A stretch of 64,000 nt of DNA, from the NCBI GenBank assembly GCA_964035575.1, contig OZ037846.1, positions 682,001 to 746,000 on the forward strand, written 5' to 3'. This DNA is from Rhynchopus sp. YZ270_cl-10 (lineage: Eukaryota). The stretch's first letter is position 1, and every line of letters starts with the position of its first letter. Below, in pieces: positions 36,574 to 50,243 of this stretch. The notes beneath the pieces are model-generated. The model was not told the DNA's origin, searched no databases, and saw only the letters and a program-made list of their open reading frames with translations. A program made the translations under genes and the position numbers.

Positions 36574-38127
36574 GGGCAAACAAATTTTTCGTTTGCGTTC
36601 GCGTCCTAAGGTACCCAGAAAAACCTAGGCAGGCAGGCAAAAAAAAGTTTGTTTCAAAAAAAAGTTTTTTTCAAAATGTGCTTGCTGAACCCGGGAGTTG
36701 ACCCTCCGGAGTCGGTTTTTTCTCTTTTTTTTTTCCTGTTGACACTGGTTTTGACTATTTTCTCATATTTCCCAAAATGGAACCACCTAAAGTTATATTA
36801 TAAAATAGCAGGTGAGCACTTTTTCCCCCGTATGAGTACCCAGGCCACAGGCCACAGTACAGTGGTGCTGGTGAAGCTTTTAACGCCGGCATTTGCATTT
36901 TCGGAATCCGTCCGTCCAGTGGTGGGGTCAATTTGCTGAAATGGACAAGTTCTCGTTTTTGATCAATTTCCTCACAGTATACACAGTATACACAGTATAC
37001 ACAGTATACACAGTATACACAGTATACACAGTATACACAGTATACACAGTATACACAGTATACACAGTATACACAGTATACACAGTATACACAGTATACA
37101 CAGTATACACAGTATACACAGTATACACAGTATACACAGTATACACAGTATACACAGTATACACAGTATACACAGTATACACAGTATACACAGTATACAC
37201 AGTATACACAGTATACACAGTATACACAGAAAACACAGAAGACACAGTATACACAGTATACACAGTATACACAGTATACACAGTATACACAGTATACACA
37301 GCATACACAGTATACACAGTATACACAGTATACACAGTATACACAGTATACACAGTATACACAGTATACACAGTATACACAGTATACACAGTATACACAG
37401 TTTTCACAGACGGAAATTTCCCAGGGTCGGGAAGAATGTTAACTCACAGCCCAGGGTGTCTCCTAATTCTGGAAATTTTTCAAAATTCCGACATCCGGAA
37501 GCAATTTTTTTCCCTGGAAAAAAGTGGGTTTGCAGCCCCAAAACATACTGCGATTGGCATTTCCGGAATCCGTCCGCGCTGTGGTGGGGTCACTTTGCCG
37601 AAATAGCCAAGTTCTTGGTTTTGGACAAAATGAGTGTAAGGTAAAGGGGGTAGGTAAATCCCACAACCCAGATTTTCTCCCTGATCCTGAAAACATGAAA
37701 ATGCCCGAAAACACCGGCATTTGCATTTTCGGAATCCGTCCGGCCAGTGGTGGGGTCAATTTGCCAAAATGGACAAGTTCTTGCTTGTGGTCAAAACCCG
37801 TCAGCGTAACGTAAAGGGGGCCAAGTGTTTGCCTGTAGAAACTGGTAGGAACAGACAGCGCCGCAGGCGCACGGTACCCAACATACTTTTTTCGGGAAAA
37901 TACCAAAACATAAGCACTTTAAACACGTCCCTAATTTTTCCGCAAACTTTTTCCCTGGCAATTTTTTTCCAAAGACCGGAAGCGGAAGCAAATTAGGAAA
38001 CACCCTGACACAGCCCCAACACAAAAAAATTGAAAAAAACTTTTTTTCAAAAAAACTTTTTTCCCCAAAAATCTCAAAAAAACCTAGGCAGGCAGGACGC
38101 GAACGCATAAAAAAAGTTTGTTTGCCC
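36574..38127. mobile_element. Non-autonomous element with GGGCAAACAAA TIR and TAA TSD (PIF/Harbinger- or Zator-like)
   Basis: TAA|GGGCAAACAAA..TGCGTTCGCGTCCT ... AGGACGCGAACGCA..TTTGTTTGCCC|TAA. Confidence 0.75.
36973..37400. repeat. 9-bp tandem repeat (TATACACAG)n with a few variant units
   Basis: Direct reading. Confidence 0.96.
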
Positions 38128-39475
38128 TAAAGAGAGAAAGTTTTTTTTTTCGTTGATCGCCCCAAATCCCGATCGAAGGGAGGGACTGCGTAGGAGCTGT
38201 GTTGCAAGCCTCTCGTTCGTGAATCACCTCGAATTGTGTTCGTATCGTATACTATTCTATACCGCTCCCGACAATAGAGAAGATAGAGAGAAATGCGTAA
38301 GAACAGATTTGAAAAAAAAGAAAAAAAAAAAAAAAAAAGAAAAAAAAAGCAACCGGCTTTAAATTAATTCCGTAAAAAGTTCTAATTTGTAGAAAATAAT
38401 AGTGTGGGTACGCGCTGTGCAAAGAACACTCCTTTATTAAAAAGAAAAAAAAAAATAAAAGTTGAAAAGATGATCCTGTGTTGCAAGCCTCTCGTGCTTA
38501 GTCACCTTTTATATAAAAAAAAAACCTCCCCCTTACATACGGTTATCAGAAACTACACGACTCTGTGGTCTCTTGTCAGACAAAATGAAAATGAAATGTC
38601 AAGAAAGCATGACATAGAAAATAACAAGCAACCCACTTAACAATGACAAAGTGGTTGCTTGTCATCTATTTCGCTTTGTCATTTCGTCGGGGAAGGGGGA
38701 AAAAGAACCAAGGTATTTCAACACATGCATTCAATAAATTGAGAGCATAGGTACAGGGGGAAAAGAAAGTAAGCACACACCACCCTTTGCGTCAAAGAAA
38801 ATTAAATAAGAAAAAGTTCATAAGATGACCCCCAAGCCTCTCTGCACTTAGCCACCTAAGAGCCGTCCTTGGTTGTATTACCACTAAAGACAGAAATCAG
38901 TACAATCGTTAAAAAAAAAACAGTGATGACAAATAAAGCAGCAACGCACAAACCTTTTTCTTCACTTTTTTTTTTTTGCGCAATAAAATTTCGCAAAAAA
39001 AAAAAAAATTCAAAAAAAGGGGGTGTGTTGCACAGGAGAGAGTCATTTTTGAGTCGGCTTTTAAAAAAAAAAAAAAATGACCATTTTTTTTTTTTTTTTT
39101 GTTTGGTACATTCAGCCCCTCCGCTACGTTTTCAGATTTTTTTTCAGTTCTGTTGCGGGGGTTTTTTTTTCACCCTGCGCCAGTGTCTTATCCAGGGATT
39201 CAGATTTCAAAATAGGGGGATCAGCTGTTTTTGTGCCCAAAAATTTTTCAGCACTGCTGACCAGGGACATTGGGAACAAACATATGGCGCCGCAGGCGAA
39301 AAAAAAATTGGTACAGTGTAAAAATCTAGCTTTTTACAGCACAGTGTCACACATCGAATCCTTTTTTGCGGAGCAAAAAAGGAAAAATGGCGCCGCAGGC
39401 AAAAAAAAATTGAGGTACAGCCTGGATGGTGCGGTCAGCAACCCAGTTCCCCATGGCATCTCGTGGTTCAACCAT

Positions 39476-39506
<31 letters not shown>

Positions 39507-40221
39507 GAAAATTTTCAGACTTCTGTTGCGCCGCAACAGAACTTTATACAGTAGCGGAGCCCCTGGGTACATTACAGGCTCTCCGCTAGGATTTCCGATT
39601 TTGAAAATGTTCTGTTGATGGTCCACGTGGTGGGGTACATGCTTGCGCCGCAGGCGCACGGTACGCAACTTTTTTTTTTTTCAACGCCCGAATTTGACTT
39701 TTTTGGGACGTTTGAGCACTCACCTCTCCATATCTTCTTCTCCTGAGCTTTTTTGACAGGTAGAACGGGTCTGAACCACTCAGCAGAACTTTTTTTTTTT
39801 TTTTTTTTTTCCCATTTTCAAAAAGTTCTGTTGACAATCAACAGAACTTTAGTACCGAGCGGAGAGCCTGGTACATTATCTGAGCCGTGGGCTTGGACTA
39901 AAAATATGTCATGCGAATGGGGGAGGAGGAGGAGGGATCGGTACACCACTGCCTGCAGCCCCATCTAAAAAAAGAAAAGAGAAACGAAGAACAAGATACC
40001 GTTGTCTGAGCAGTGCCAGGGGTCTGAAGGTGTGTATTGCGCTAAAACGGAGAAAAACTGTAGTCAAGAAACATCGGAGGAAGGGGTAAAAAAAAACCCC
40101 CCTCGCTTTTTTTTACTACCAGTTTTCCCCTGCAAGTTCATAGTTAGCCCATCACACTGTCGGGGCGAGGGGCAGCAGCTACCAATCGTTTAAAAAAAAA
40201 AACTTTGGAAAGAGGAAAAGA

Positions 40222-40360
40222 CACGGTGACCAGTTTGATGTGGGAGAGCGTCAAAAGTGGACGAAAATACTGGTTGAGAACTGCTCCCCTGCGGGAGAGC
40301 GTACGCTCTTCCAAAAAACATCAATTTTTTGACGCTTTCCCGCTCAAACTGGCCGCCGTG
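40222..40360. mobile_element. CAC-terminal MITE, 2-bp TSD GA
   Basis: Copy of the 23322 family. Confidence 0.8.
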
Positions 40361-42365
40361 GATATGTGGAAGAGAGAAAAAGATTTTTTTCAAGAAGAAC
40401 AGAAAGCTACAGGAACACCGTGCAAGGTGCAGGTATTGGGGTCTTTGCACTACTGGGCTATAAAAAATGAAAGAAACTGAAAAGCGGATTAGCCAATAAA
40501 AATATAGTGCAACAAAAAGAAGGCCCGAACATAGCTGAATTGCACGGAAAATAATACTTGAAAGATGGAAATGCTCCTTTCGCAACACACATCTCGAAAG
40601 AGTTAACGTGAATGTATGAAACCTTGCCTTGAACCTGCAGGGGGGCAGTAATGATTGTTTTTTTTTTTTTTTTTTAATCAGGTGCCTCGTTCTGTTTCAC
40701 GTCGTGCCATTCATTTTATTATTTTCTTCTCTGTTTATACTCAAACGAACCTGCAGGGACGAGGGGAAAGGATGGATACCACCCAACACATTACTATCTG
40801 TAGCTTGCTTGCGTTGACTCGCTTGGACGCAAAAAAAAGAAAAAAAATATTTCAGCCCCGCCGCTACCGTATAAAGTTCTGTTGCACGACGTGAAGAGAT
40901 GTGTACATTTTGATTTTAAATGACCATCTGCTGAAAAGGAGGTTGCCTGTCCATGTATGACAAATGCACCTGATTTTTACCCCGCGTATACTACTATAGG
41001 CGCCTGTTCGCGGGGTAAAAATCAAGTGGCAAATGAAGAAAAATTGTTTCATATACGATCTATTCTACTGAATAGAAGGTATAATAAACAAGAAGAAAAA
41101 GAAAACAAAGAAAAGAAGAAGAAAAACAACAACTTTTTTCGCTTATCGCTCTGCAAACTTGTTGCATTTTTTTTTTTTCCACAGGTGTGAGTTGTGTGAG
41201 TGGTACAGCAAATATTCGAATCCGAAGGGGAAAAAAAAAAAAACAATTTTACAGTCAACACACCTTTCCATCGATTATATCTTCTCTTTTGCCAAATGCT
41301 TGATAAAAACAAATAATAATTGATACAGGCACCTCCCACTGACCCACTGTACAATGCCAGCCATCCGGATGAAAGCATAAGTACCGTACCCAGAGGGTTT
41401 AACGTGCATTTAGTAGGGGCAGGGACGTTTACCTCCCTGAGGACTTAAAAGAAATGTCCCGCATACCCCTCTGGCCAACTGGAGGAAATACAGACAACAC
41501 ACTTCATACCCCGTGAGTGTGGCAAGGCATGGTCAACCCGCTTGGTCTGACCCCAAAAATAATTTCTCTTTTTTTGTTGTGTTGACAATCACTTAGCTCC
41601 AAAAAAAACGGAACAAAGTTCTGTGAGTGTTTTTTATACCTACACTCCAGCCCTGCCACCCAACCCCTTCACAACCCCATTACCCTATTACATAAAACAC
41701 CGTTGGCGCAAAATATTTAAAAAAAAATCATCAAAAAAAAATCAATACAATAAGAACATAAAAGATGGCTGGGGGAGGGGAGAGACACTTACCGTGCAAA
41801 CAAAAGGAAAACGAAAGGAGGGGGTGGAGTTTTGATAAAACGTGCAAGGTGTTGGTCTATGACGCAAAGACACCTTGGGGTGAGTTGTATGTGTGCGCTG
41901 TCCGTGTCCACCACCACCCCCCCTTGACCGGCACTGTGAAAAGAGTGGCAGTGTAAGACACCGTAGCTCCGGTATAGGGGAAGAGGACACATGACCACAT
42001 GACAGAGAGGTTGAAAGTGAAAACGCCTCACCGTTCATCGGCGGGACGCACGGCACAAAAAATAGACTCTGACTTCAGGACAATGACAAAAGAAAAAAAA
42101 AAATGGAAAAAGGAAAAGAAAAAAAATACAGTCAACGCACCTTTCCGTCGATTCTATTTCCGACTTTGCCAAATGCTTGATATATCAATCATTCTTCAAG
42201 TTTGCGTATCACAATATTTATCCCTCGCTCATCCCTATTATACGATAGGCAAACTTGGAGAATGAGTGACATATTTTTAAAAAGATTGTTCGATTATATA
42301 CTACCGTCGTAGGGCAGCAAGCTACATACACATAAAAAAAAAAGAGCAGAAAGAAGGGTTGGAGA

Positions 42366-42570
42366 CACGACGGGACCCAGTGACAAGTGACAAGTGAAAT
42401 CACATCTCATTTCACTTGTCACTTGTCACTCAAAAAAGTCACTTGTCATGACAAGTGATTTTCTATTGGGATATAGGCTATTTACTTGTCATGACAAGTG
42501 GTTTACTTGTCATTTCACTTATCATTCACTTGTCATTTTCATTTGTCACTTGTCACTGGGTCCCGTCGTG
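42366..42570. mobile_element. CAC-terminal MITE, 2-bp TSD GA
   Basis: Copy of the 20704 family in opposite orientation. Confidence 0.82.
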
Positions 42571-43519
42571 GAGGGGGGAGGGGAGGGGAGGGGAGGGGAA
42601 GGGGGGTAAATATTACCCCCAAAGCCTTGCTGCTAGCTTTAGTCACCTGAAACAGCAGAAGGATGAATGTGCCTCTCGTGCACATATCTTGAAAAACGGA
42701 TTGAATGACACGGCGAAGGGGGGGGGGGGCTGCACACACACGACGACATTTGTCATGAAATGGCAAAGCACGCTGTACAAAACGGTTGTCGTTAACATTG
42801 TGTGCTTGTTATTGTGCTATGTCATGTCATGATAAGTCTTCGTGCAGTTATAATTCTGTTTCAACGGCACACTCATATTGTGAGTTGCAGCGGGAGAGGG
42901 AGGGAGGGAGGGAGGGAGGGAGGGGAAATAAAGAGAAATTGGAAATCCAAACGCACCGTACAATCGGCGGGACGTAAGGGGCACTGAAAAATAAAAGAAG
43001 AAAAAACATAAACACATACTGACCGAGAACCTTCAGTGCGAAAGCAACCTACAAATAAAAAGTAAGTAAAAAAACTTGAAAGATGAAGAGAAAATGTTCC
43101 TTATGCACAATCTTAACAATCTCTAATAATCCGAACAGAAAAAAGGGGTTTTTTTTAAAAATATTTTAAACCCCTCCGTAATCACTGCTCTTAATCGTAA
43201 CTTTAAAAAAATGGGGGACGCTTGAACGAAAAAAAATTGTGTGGATGCATCAATGCAAAACAAGAACGATCAACAAGAAAGAGCATAATTTTTCTAAGTG
43301 TGCACACCTGCGCACTTCAAAAGAAAGAAACGGTGCGCTCAGCAGAGCAATTTGCCACACAGTGACCATGTACCCCCCGGGTAACATGCTAAATAACACG
43401 CATTTTTGCAGCACGTTTTTAGCATCGTACCTCACAAGGAAAATAGTGTGTTACCCGGGGGCACGTTAAGTCACTGAAGCAGAGGACAGAACACCCCTCC
43501 CATGAATCAAACAAAAGGG

Positions 43520-43678
43520 CACGGCAGACTATGTCAGGGGCACTGCTAGCAGAACTACCAGTCGTAACGACTATGTGCTAAAGTAGTAGTGTTGCTGGTG
43601 TAACACTACTAGTCGTAAAACACTTAGTCATTTGGACTAGTGGCACTACTAGTAGTCCCCCTGACATAGTCTGTCGTG
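43520..43678. mobile_element. CAC-terminal MITE, 2-bp TSD GG
   Basis: CACGGCAGACTATGTCAGGGG...CCCCTGACATAGTCTGTCGTG. Confidence 0.78.
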
Positions 43679-44199
43679 GGTGTTTTTTTTTGCATTTTTT
43701 TGCATTATGCCAGAAAGAAACGTACCGGAGGGGGGGCCTCAGTTGCATTTCAGTAAGTAGGATGAAAAAATCGTGAATCGTGAACCGTGAAAGGGTATCA
43801 GAGAACCTCTTTACGGGGGGGGGCTGGGTATTTGCGACGGTTACCGTAATTTGTCTGGTGTTGTATTACAGTCCAAATAAGGTTGACGGGTTTTTGGGGA
43901 TTTTGGGGGAATTTGAACTACTGTGTGTGGTTTCAAAAAGAGCTTCAAAAAGAATGCTTTGGTGTCCCCGGGGGAGATGTCACGACCTTGAAAATTTTGA
44001 TCAAGATCGTACCAAGGCTTAATTTAAGGTCTTGAAAACCTTGGGGAAATCTTTGAATTCCACGCCTCAAGTGCGCACAGGGATCTGAAAGTTTGTTTGT
44101 GTTTGAAAACTTGGTTGTATTAGTGTAGCCACCCTAGAGTGTGCTCCACTATAGTTTTTGTTTTTTATTTTTTCTACTCTGTTTATTTTGTATTGTATT

Positions 44200-44936
44200 C
44201 AGGGCGTTCGCTATCGCCATCGTTTTTTCCTGATCGTGGCGAAATACCAAAAACCCCGAAATTTTCGTTTTTTTACTGGTGCTTAAAATAGGTCAAAAAA
44301 ATTTTTCCCGCCGGAGAGAAGTTAGTTCGTGGGGTGAATGGTCAAAAAAAATTTGCGATTTGCGCGTGATCCCTTCCCCAGCACAAGTGATATTACAGCT
44401 GAACTTTCCTGATACTAAAACCAGCAAAACGATGGAGAATTTCATCAATCCCCCCTCACTGAGGGTCTCTTTGTGTTGTTTAATCAAACAGATGTACAAG
44501 AGAGAGGCATCCGTCATATGAGACTTCATCCTTATTTTGATTATTTTCAACTCTCTGCCATTGAAGGTAGAGTTGACACGAGCAGTGACACCTTCTATAA
44601 CAGGGGGTACGGTGCACCTTCAGCAGACTGCAGGATTGAGGAGCGAGCGGGAGTGCTGGGGAAACTTCCTCTCACGGCAGGCGGGTTTGCGGATGATTTT
44701 GAGTACAGTGGACACCCCTCTGCGACCCCCCCTCCGGGGGGGTCTACAGGGTGGTGGGGAGAAATCTCTCTCTCTCTTTTTTTTTTTTTTTTTTCCCCTT
44801 TTTTTATTTATTTATTTATTTATACAGGGTTTCGCCCCGGTGGGGCGAAGCCCTGGGGCGAAATAAAATGTCATTTTTTCAGGAAAAGATTTTTTTAACG
44901 AAAAAAAATATTTTTCGCCCCGGGGCGAACGCCCTG
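44200..44936. mobile_element. Non-autonomous hAT element, 8-bp TSD ATTGTATT
   Basis: ATTGTATT|CAGGGCGTTCGC...GCGAACGCCCTG|ATTGTATT. Confidence 0.85.
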
Positions 44937-45308
44937 ATTGTATTTCACTGTAGTAACTTTGTAAGTTAACTGCGCCTCGAGTGCGCACAGGGGTCTCATA
45001 GTCCGCAGTCTAAAATAGAAACTAACTTCAGGTTCTGAATAAAAAGAAAACAATGAAAAACAACTTTTTCGTTTATCGCTCCGCAAGCTTGATGTGTTTT
45101 TTCGCTGAAGTGTGAGAGACAGAAAACAATGAGTGAGAAAAACACAAGCTGGCGGGCACGCACCCTTCCGTCGTTTCTTTTTCCTATTGTCAAGTACCTT
45201 GATTTACAAAAAAAATATATATCATCAAGATAAAGCGTAAAAACGTTGAAGAGCATTGGTAGGAAACCATGTATTGTACTATTTTTTTTTTTTTTTTTGT
45301 GTCGACAA

Positions 45309-45931
45309 CAGGGGTTAAGTTAGCTTTTTTTTTTTCTCGCTGAGTCGGGTTTTCTGGGTTTTTTTCGGTTTTTCTGGATTTTGCGAAAAATAACCCATTC
45401 CCTCCGCGAGCGCAGCGAGCGGGAAAATTTTTAAGGTGCACCTCCGCGAGCGTAGCGAGCGGGGAAAAAATTCCGCAATTTTTGGGCAAAGTTCAAAAAT
45501 CCCACTAAAAAATGGGGGGACCCTGGGGATTTTTGGATTTGTCCTAACAATTTTGGAGCATAAATTTGAAGAACAGGACTGGTGTACCCCTCACCAACCT
45601 CAGTTCCCACTTCCTGCCTCATCCGCACTCTCGCAACACTAGTACTGAACCCGAAGTTCGCCAGAGATCCCTGTTGCCTCTTCATATGAATAATTCCCAG
45701 TTCTGACGGGGGTTTGTTTGGGTCGGGAGGATATTTTTTTTCTTAGAGGGTGGGGCGGGAGGGGGCTCCGCCCCCACCCCTACCCCACCTTCCCAGCCTA
45801 CACCACCCAAAAATTTGGATTTTTCGTTTTTTTTTTTTTCAGATTCCATTTTTTTTTTTTTTTTTTGAAAAACCCGAAAACCCGAAAACCGGGTTTTGAA
45901 AACCCAGAAACCCGCCCTAACTTAACCCCTG
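45309..45931. mobile_element. Non-autonomous hAT element, 8-bp TSD GTCGACAA
   Basis: GTCGACAA|CAGGGGTTAAGTTAG...CTAACTTAACCCCTG|GTCGACAA. Confidence 0.87.
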
Positions 45932-46788
45932 GTCGACAATCACCCTGCTAGTGCAGGATCTGTACTCAATGTCGCCCGAAGGCTATTGTACTTAAAAGAT
46001 ATAAGACGGAGGTTGTCCTCAACTCTGGAAAGTCGCTTTTATTTGTTGTTTATGCATTCGAGTGCTGTGGTATACACAAAAAAAAAAATTTTTTTTTTTT
46101 TGCCCAAAATACAAAACAGAAATACAGCCGTATTCTCATGGAGTCAGATGGGTCAAAATACATCAGAATACACTATACAAATCACTGTTAGTGTCCGTAG
46201 GGGGGTTTTGAAAATGTTTTTTTGTATGTTTTGAAAGTGCTTTGTGCTCTGTTTAATTTTGCTTGATAGTTTTGTAGACGTGGAGTTGGAGAGGAAGGGC
46301 GCGTTACTTTGTATGAGATTACGACTTATCCTCTTTCTCAGCCACTGTCAAATGTCCTTGTCCGTAGGGGGAGAGAGAGTGATGATTGTTGGAAAAATTA
46401 GTAAAATAAAACTTACTTTTTTTTGTTCGGTTCGATCGGACAGGGTTCTCAGGCTTTGACAAAAAAAAAAAAAAAAACTGATTTTTTTGTCAATATTAAG
46501 CTGTCGAAATTCAAAAAAAGAGGTCCAAACGCGGACGTTCTACTCACGCTCGGAACTTTTTTGCAGCTTTGGCCAAGTTGCATTTTTTGGCTGCAAATGT
46601 AGGGGGATTCCCAAAGACATTATTTTTGCGGAGCAAAAATAAAAAAAATTAAGGTACAGTCTGGAAGAACCCTGTCGATCGTCGAAAGGGGGGGAAATGG
46701 CTATTTTGGTACTATATATTTTGATTAGACCGCGAGTAGGGGCCTTGCTTAGCATCCTCCGTACATGGTTTCTCAAAGAAAAAAAAAG

Positions 46789-46822
<34 letters not shown>

Positions 46823-46823
<1 letters not shown>

Positions 46824-46870
46824 AAAACTTGGTTGTATTAGTGTAGCCACCCTAGAGTGTGCTCCACTAT
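46823..46870 (-). repeat. Representative of a ~48-bp interspersed stem-loop/poly(A) repeat
   Basis: GAAAACTTGGTTGTATTAGTGTAGCCACCCTAGAGTGTGCTCCACTAT preceded by a T-run; copies near 33319, 44105, 47402, 49475, 49626, 51809, 54439. Confidence 0.8.
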
Positions 46871-49004
46871 TTTTTTTTTTTTTTTTTTTTTTTTGTTGAA
46901 TTGACAAATCACTCAATACCTACACGGCGACCCAAGGAGGTGGCAAGACATGATAAATACCGTCATAACAATGATTGGAACGTAAAAATATTGGAATACT
47001 GAGGTGCTTTCGAAAGTCGGTCAACGACCTGTCAGCGACCTGTCAATATCAGAGGGGGGTGTCCATAAAATCCCTGTGTCAGTGACCTCTCAATATCGAC
47101 CCCTCCCGGAGCACCATGAGGTGGCTTCTTTTTTAGTCGTAAAAATGTTGGAACGCTATAAAAGTTGTTTCATATACATTCTTTTTCTAATGAAAAGAAG
47201 GTACAGAGGGTGCTAAAGAAGTACCCTTGCAAGAAAAAAAACCCCCCCCATCAGCGTTCCAACATTTGTACGACTACGGGATCTGGTATGTATCATACTA
47301 TCATAATATATTTGGTCGCCGTGTACTGGTATTAAGATCTGTACTAAATGTAGGCTGAAGCCTTTTGTACCACAGAAGGTACGCAATTTTTTTTTTTTTT
47401 TGAAAACTTGGTTGTATTAGTGTAGACACCCGAGGATGTGCTCCACTATATACTTTATTTTTTGATAACTTTTGTTGGAGTAGTGTGCAGTTGCCTTGGG
47501 TTGTGTTTGCCACAGTTGGTGCATATATCCACTTTCTTTTTTTTGTTTTTTTTTTTTTTGCATCCTGCTCTGTACAGTGAGAGAAGGAGGGAATACCTCA
47601 CGGCGTGCAACGAGGGTGCAAGCAATGGATAGAAAAGCGATTCATATGAAACAAGGGTTCTGATGGTTGGGGAAGAAGGAGGGAAGAAAAAAATGATAAA
47701 ATACAACTTGACAGCGAATGTGCCGAAAGCATACACATCTGCTTGAAGAAGGGGGGCGAAGACCCCCCCTCCCGTAGAGAGAGGAAGAAGGAAACTGTGG
47801 AGAAACAGGGGAGAAGATGGGGGGAGTGGGGGAAGGGAAGAGGGAGGGGGAAAAACCCACCCCGCACACATGAAGAGAGACTTCGTGTGTGATGTGGTCA
47901 AATTTTCACATTTTTTTTATGTAAGACGGACCTCAGCCTCTCTGTACTTAGCCACCTTTTCAAAAAAGAGAATAGTAGGATCGCGTAAAGTTGTTTCGTT
48001 TTGATTGACACAAATCCTCCTGTTTGAGGGATGATTTGGCGTACACGGTAATACTATTTTCTCCTGTTAAAGCAAGCTTCGAAAAAGCTGAGACAGAGAA
48101 GCTGAAAGCGCACACGCCTCACCGTTCATCGGACGCAGGGCACACAAATAATAAGAAAAACCCTGTATGACTGTTCCCATTCAAAAGGGACGGGAATGGG
48201 TGGAGAGGGGTGGCTTTAACACTGCTGGCGGCTTGCTGCTCCACACCAGGGGGGGTGGAAGGAAAATGCGGGAGAGATACCGAATGAGACCAAAAAAAAG
48301 GGGGGGAGGAGAACCCTTTCAAGCCCTTCCCCCCCCACTCCCCCCTTTTTTTTTGCAAGAATCAGCCTGAGAGCGAGAGAGAGAAAGAAGGGGGAGAAGC
48401 AAGAGAGAACGTGCCTCACACAGACACTATTATCATCTGCCTCACCCCCCTCTGCTCTACTGCGCTCTTAACGATTGTGTGGCATCGGGAGGAAAAGTTT
48501 GACTTGAACTACTACAAGCCCTCTCGCGACAGTTTGATGGTATATGACTGGTGAACGGAGAATGAATGTGTGTAACAAGTACTGGTGACACACTCAGGCC
48601 AAGACTGCCTTACTTACTACCTGATTTTTACCCCGCGTATAGGCGCGTATAGGACCGTATACGCGCCTGTATGTTGTACACGGGATAAAAATCAGGTGGC
48701 CTCAACATAAGAAAATTTTAAACTGCATCAGGAAACTGTGCAAAAACCTTTTTTTTTTTGATCAATGCAAAAAACGTAAAAATAAAAGAGAGGTTGAAAA
48801 GTGCAAACGCCACCGTTCATTGGCGGGACGCACGGCACGGAAATAGAATGGCCTATGATCGGAGGCCTTTTCGTGAGTGAACTTATTGGAAAGCGGAGAT
48901 ATGCAACCCAACTGTGGCAACACAACCGAGGCAACTGCACTCATCCAACAATTTATGAAATAAAAAGAAGCTTAAAATGATGGATGCTCCACTTCACGCA
49001 CATC

Positions 49005-49144
49005 CACGGTGGCCAGTTTGATGTGGGAGAGCGTCAAAAGTGGACGAAAATGCTGGTTGAGAACTGCTCCCCCGCGGGAGAGCGTACGCTCTCCCAAAAA
49101 ATGCCAAATTTTTTGACGCTTTCCCGCTCAAACTGGCCACCGTG
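49005..49144. mobile_element. CAC-terminal MITE, 2-bp TSD TC
   Basis: Copy of the 23322 family. Confidence 0.82.
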
Positions 49145-50243
49145 TCTACAAACAAAACAAAGCATTTCAACGCATTCAACACATTGAGAGCATAGGTATA
49201 GGGATCAAAAAATGGTCCCATAAAAACAAACACAAAAAAATGCTTGTTAGATTACGTGCAGGGTTGGCCCTGAGTGATGCACCACCTTTTTCTTTGCGAA
49301 ATCAGTGATATCACTGATTTCAGGGGAGTAGGGGCAGAATAAACCACCTGGTCGAGGCTGTATTCGTACGTTCTGATGGATTTCTGATGTATTTTTGTTT
49401 CATTGTGTCGACAATCACTGTACGCAAGCTGGAGTAAAAATCTGTGCTCTGTGTTTTTTTTTTTTTTTTTTTTTGAAAATTTGGTTGTATTAGTGTAGCC
49501 ACCCTAGAGTGTGCTCCACTATTTTTTGTTATTTCACCCCCCTTTTATTTTGATAAATTGTGCAGTGCAGTTGCCTCGGATTGTGTTGCCACAGTTCGTG
49601 CAAATCTCCACTTTCTTTTTTTTTTGAAAACTTGGTTGTAGTGTAGACACCCGAGGATGAACTCCACTATAACACTATTTTTTTTTGTATTTTTTTCCCC
49701 GTTTTGTTATCAGAAATATATCAAAACACACCACAGCCACCGTCATGATATGACGCCCCTCCCCTCAGCGCGAAAAACGATAAAAAGAGGGGGGTAAAAA
49801 AAGCTAGTTTAAGACGAAGCATGTGTCTGGTTGCATGAAGAAAGAGATTAAATTTTAGATTTTTTTTAAAGAGCATTTTTCTGTTCACGAGAATAGATAG
49901 CTTTTGAGGGCAGAAACACATACTGCACAACGCACCTTTCGCCTGCTGGCAAAGCGGGCCATCCTATTAAAAACATGCCTTGAGGCAATGCAGTAAGGAT
50001 AAAAATCAATCATAAAATTGCACAAAAACACCCCCAACGGATGCATCAAACAAACACACATTTTTTTTTTTTTGCGAACGACGGAGCAAAAGTAAAAAAA
50101 GTAAAAAAAAAAAAGCGGTGAAGAGAGACGAGAAAGAGGAGGCTTAGTAAAACGATCAAAAACAAAAATACAACAACCACACTTATACTGAAAACCCTAT
50201 TCAGTGTTCCCCACTTTCTCGTCTCTCTTTTCCTCTTTTCTTT

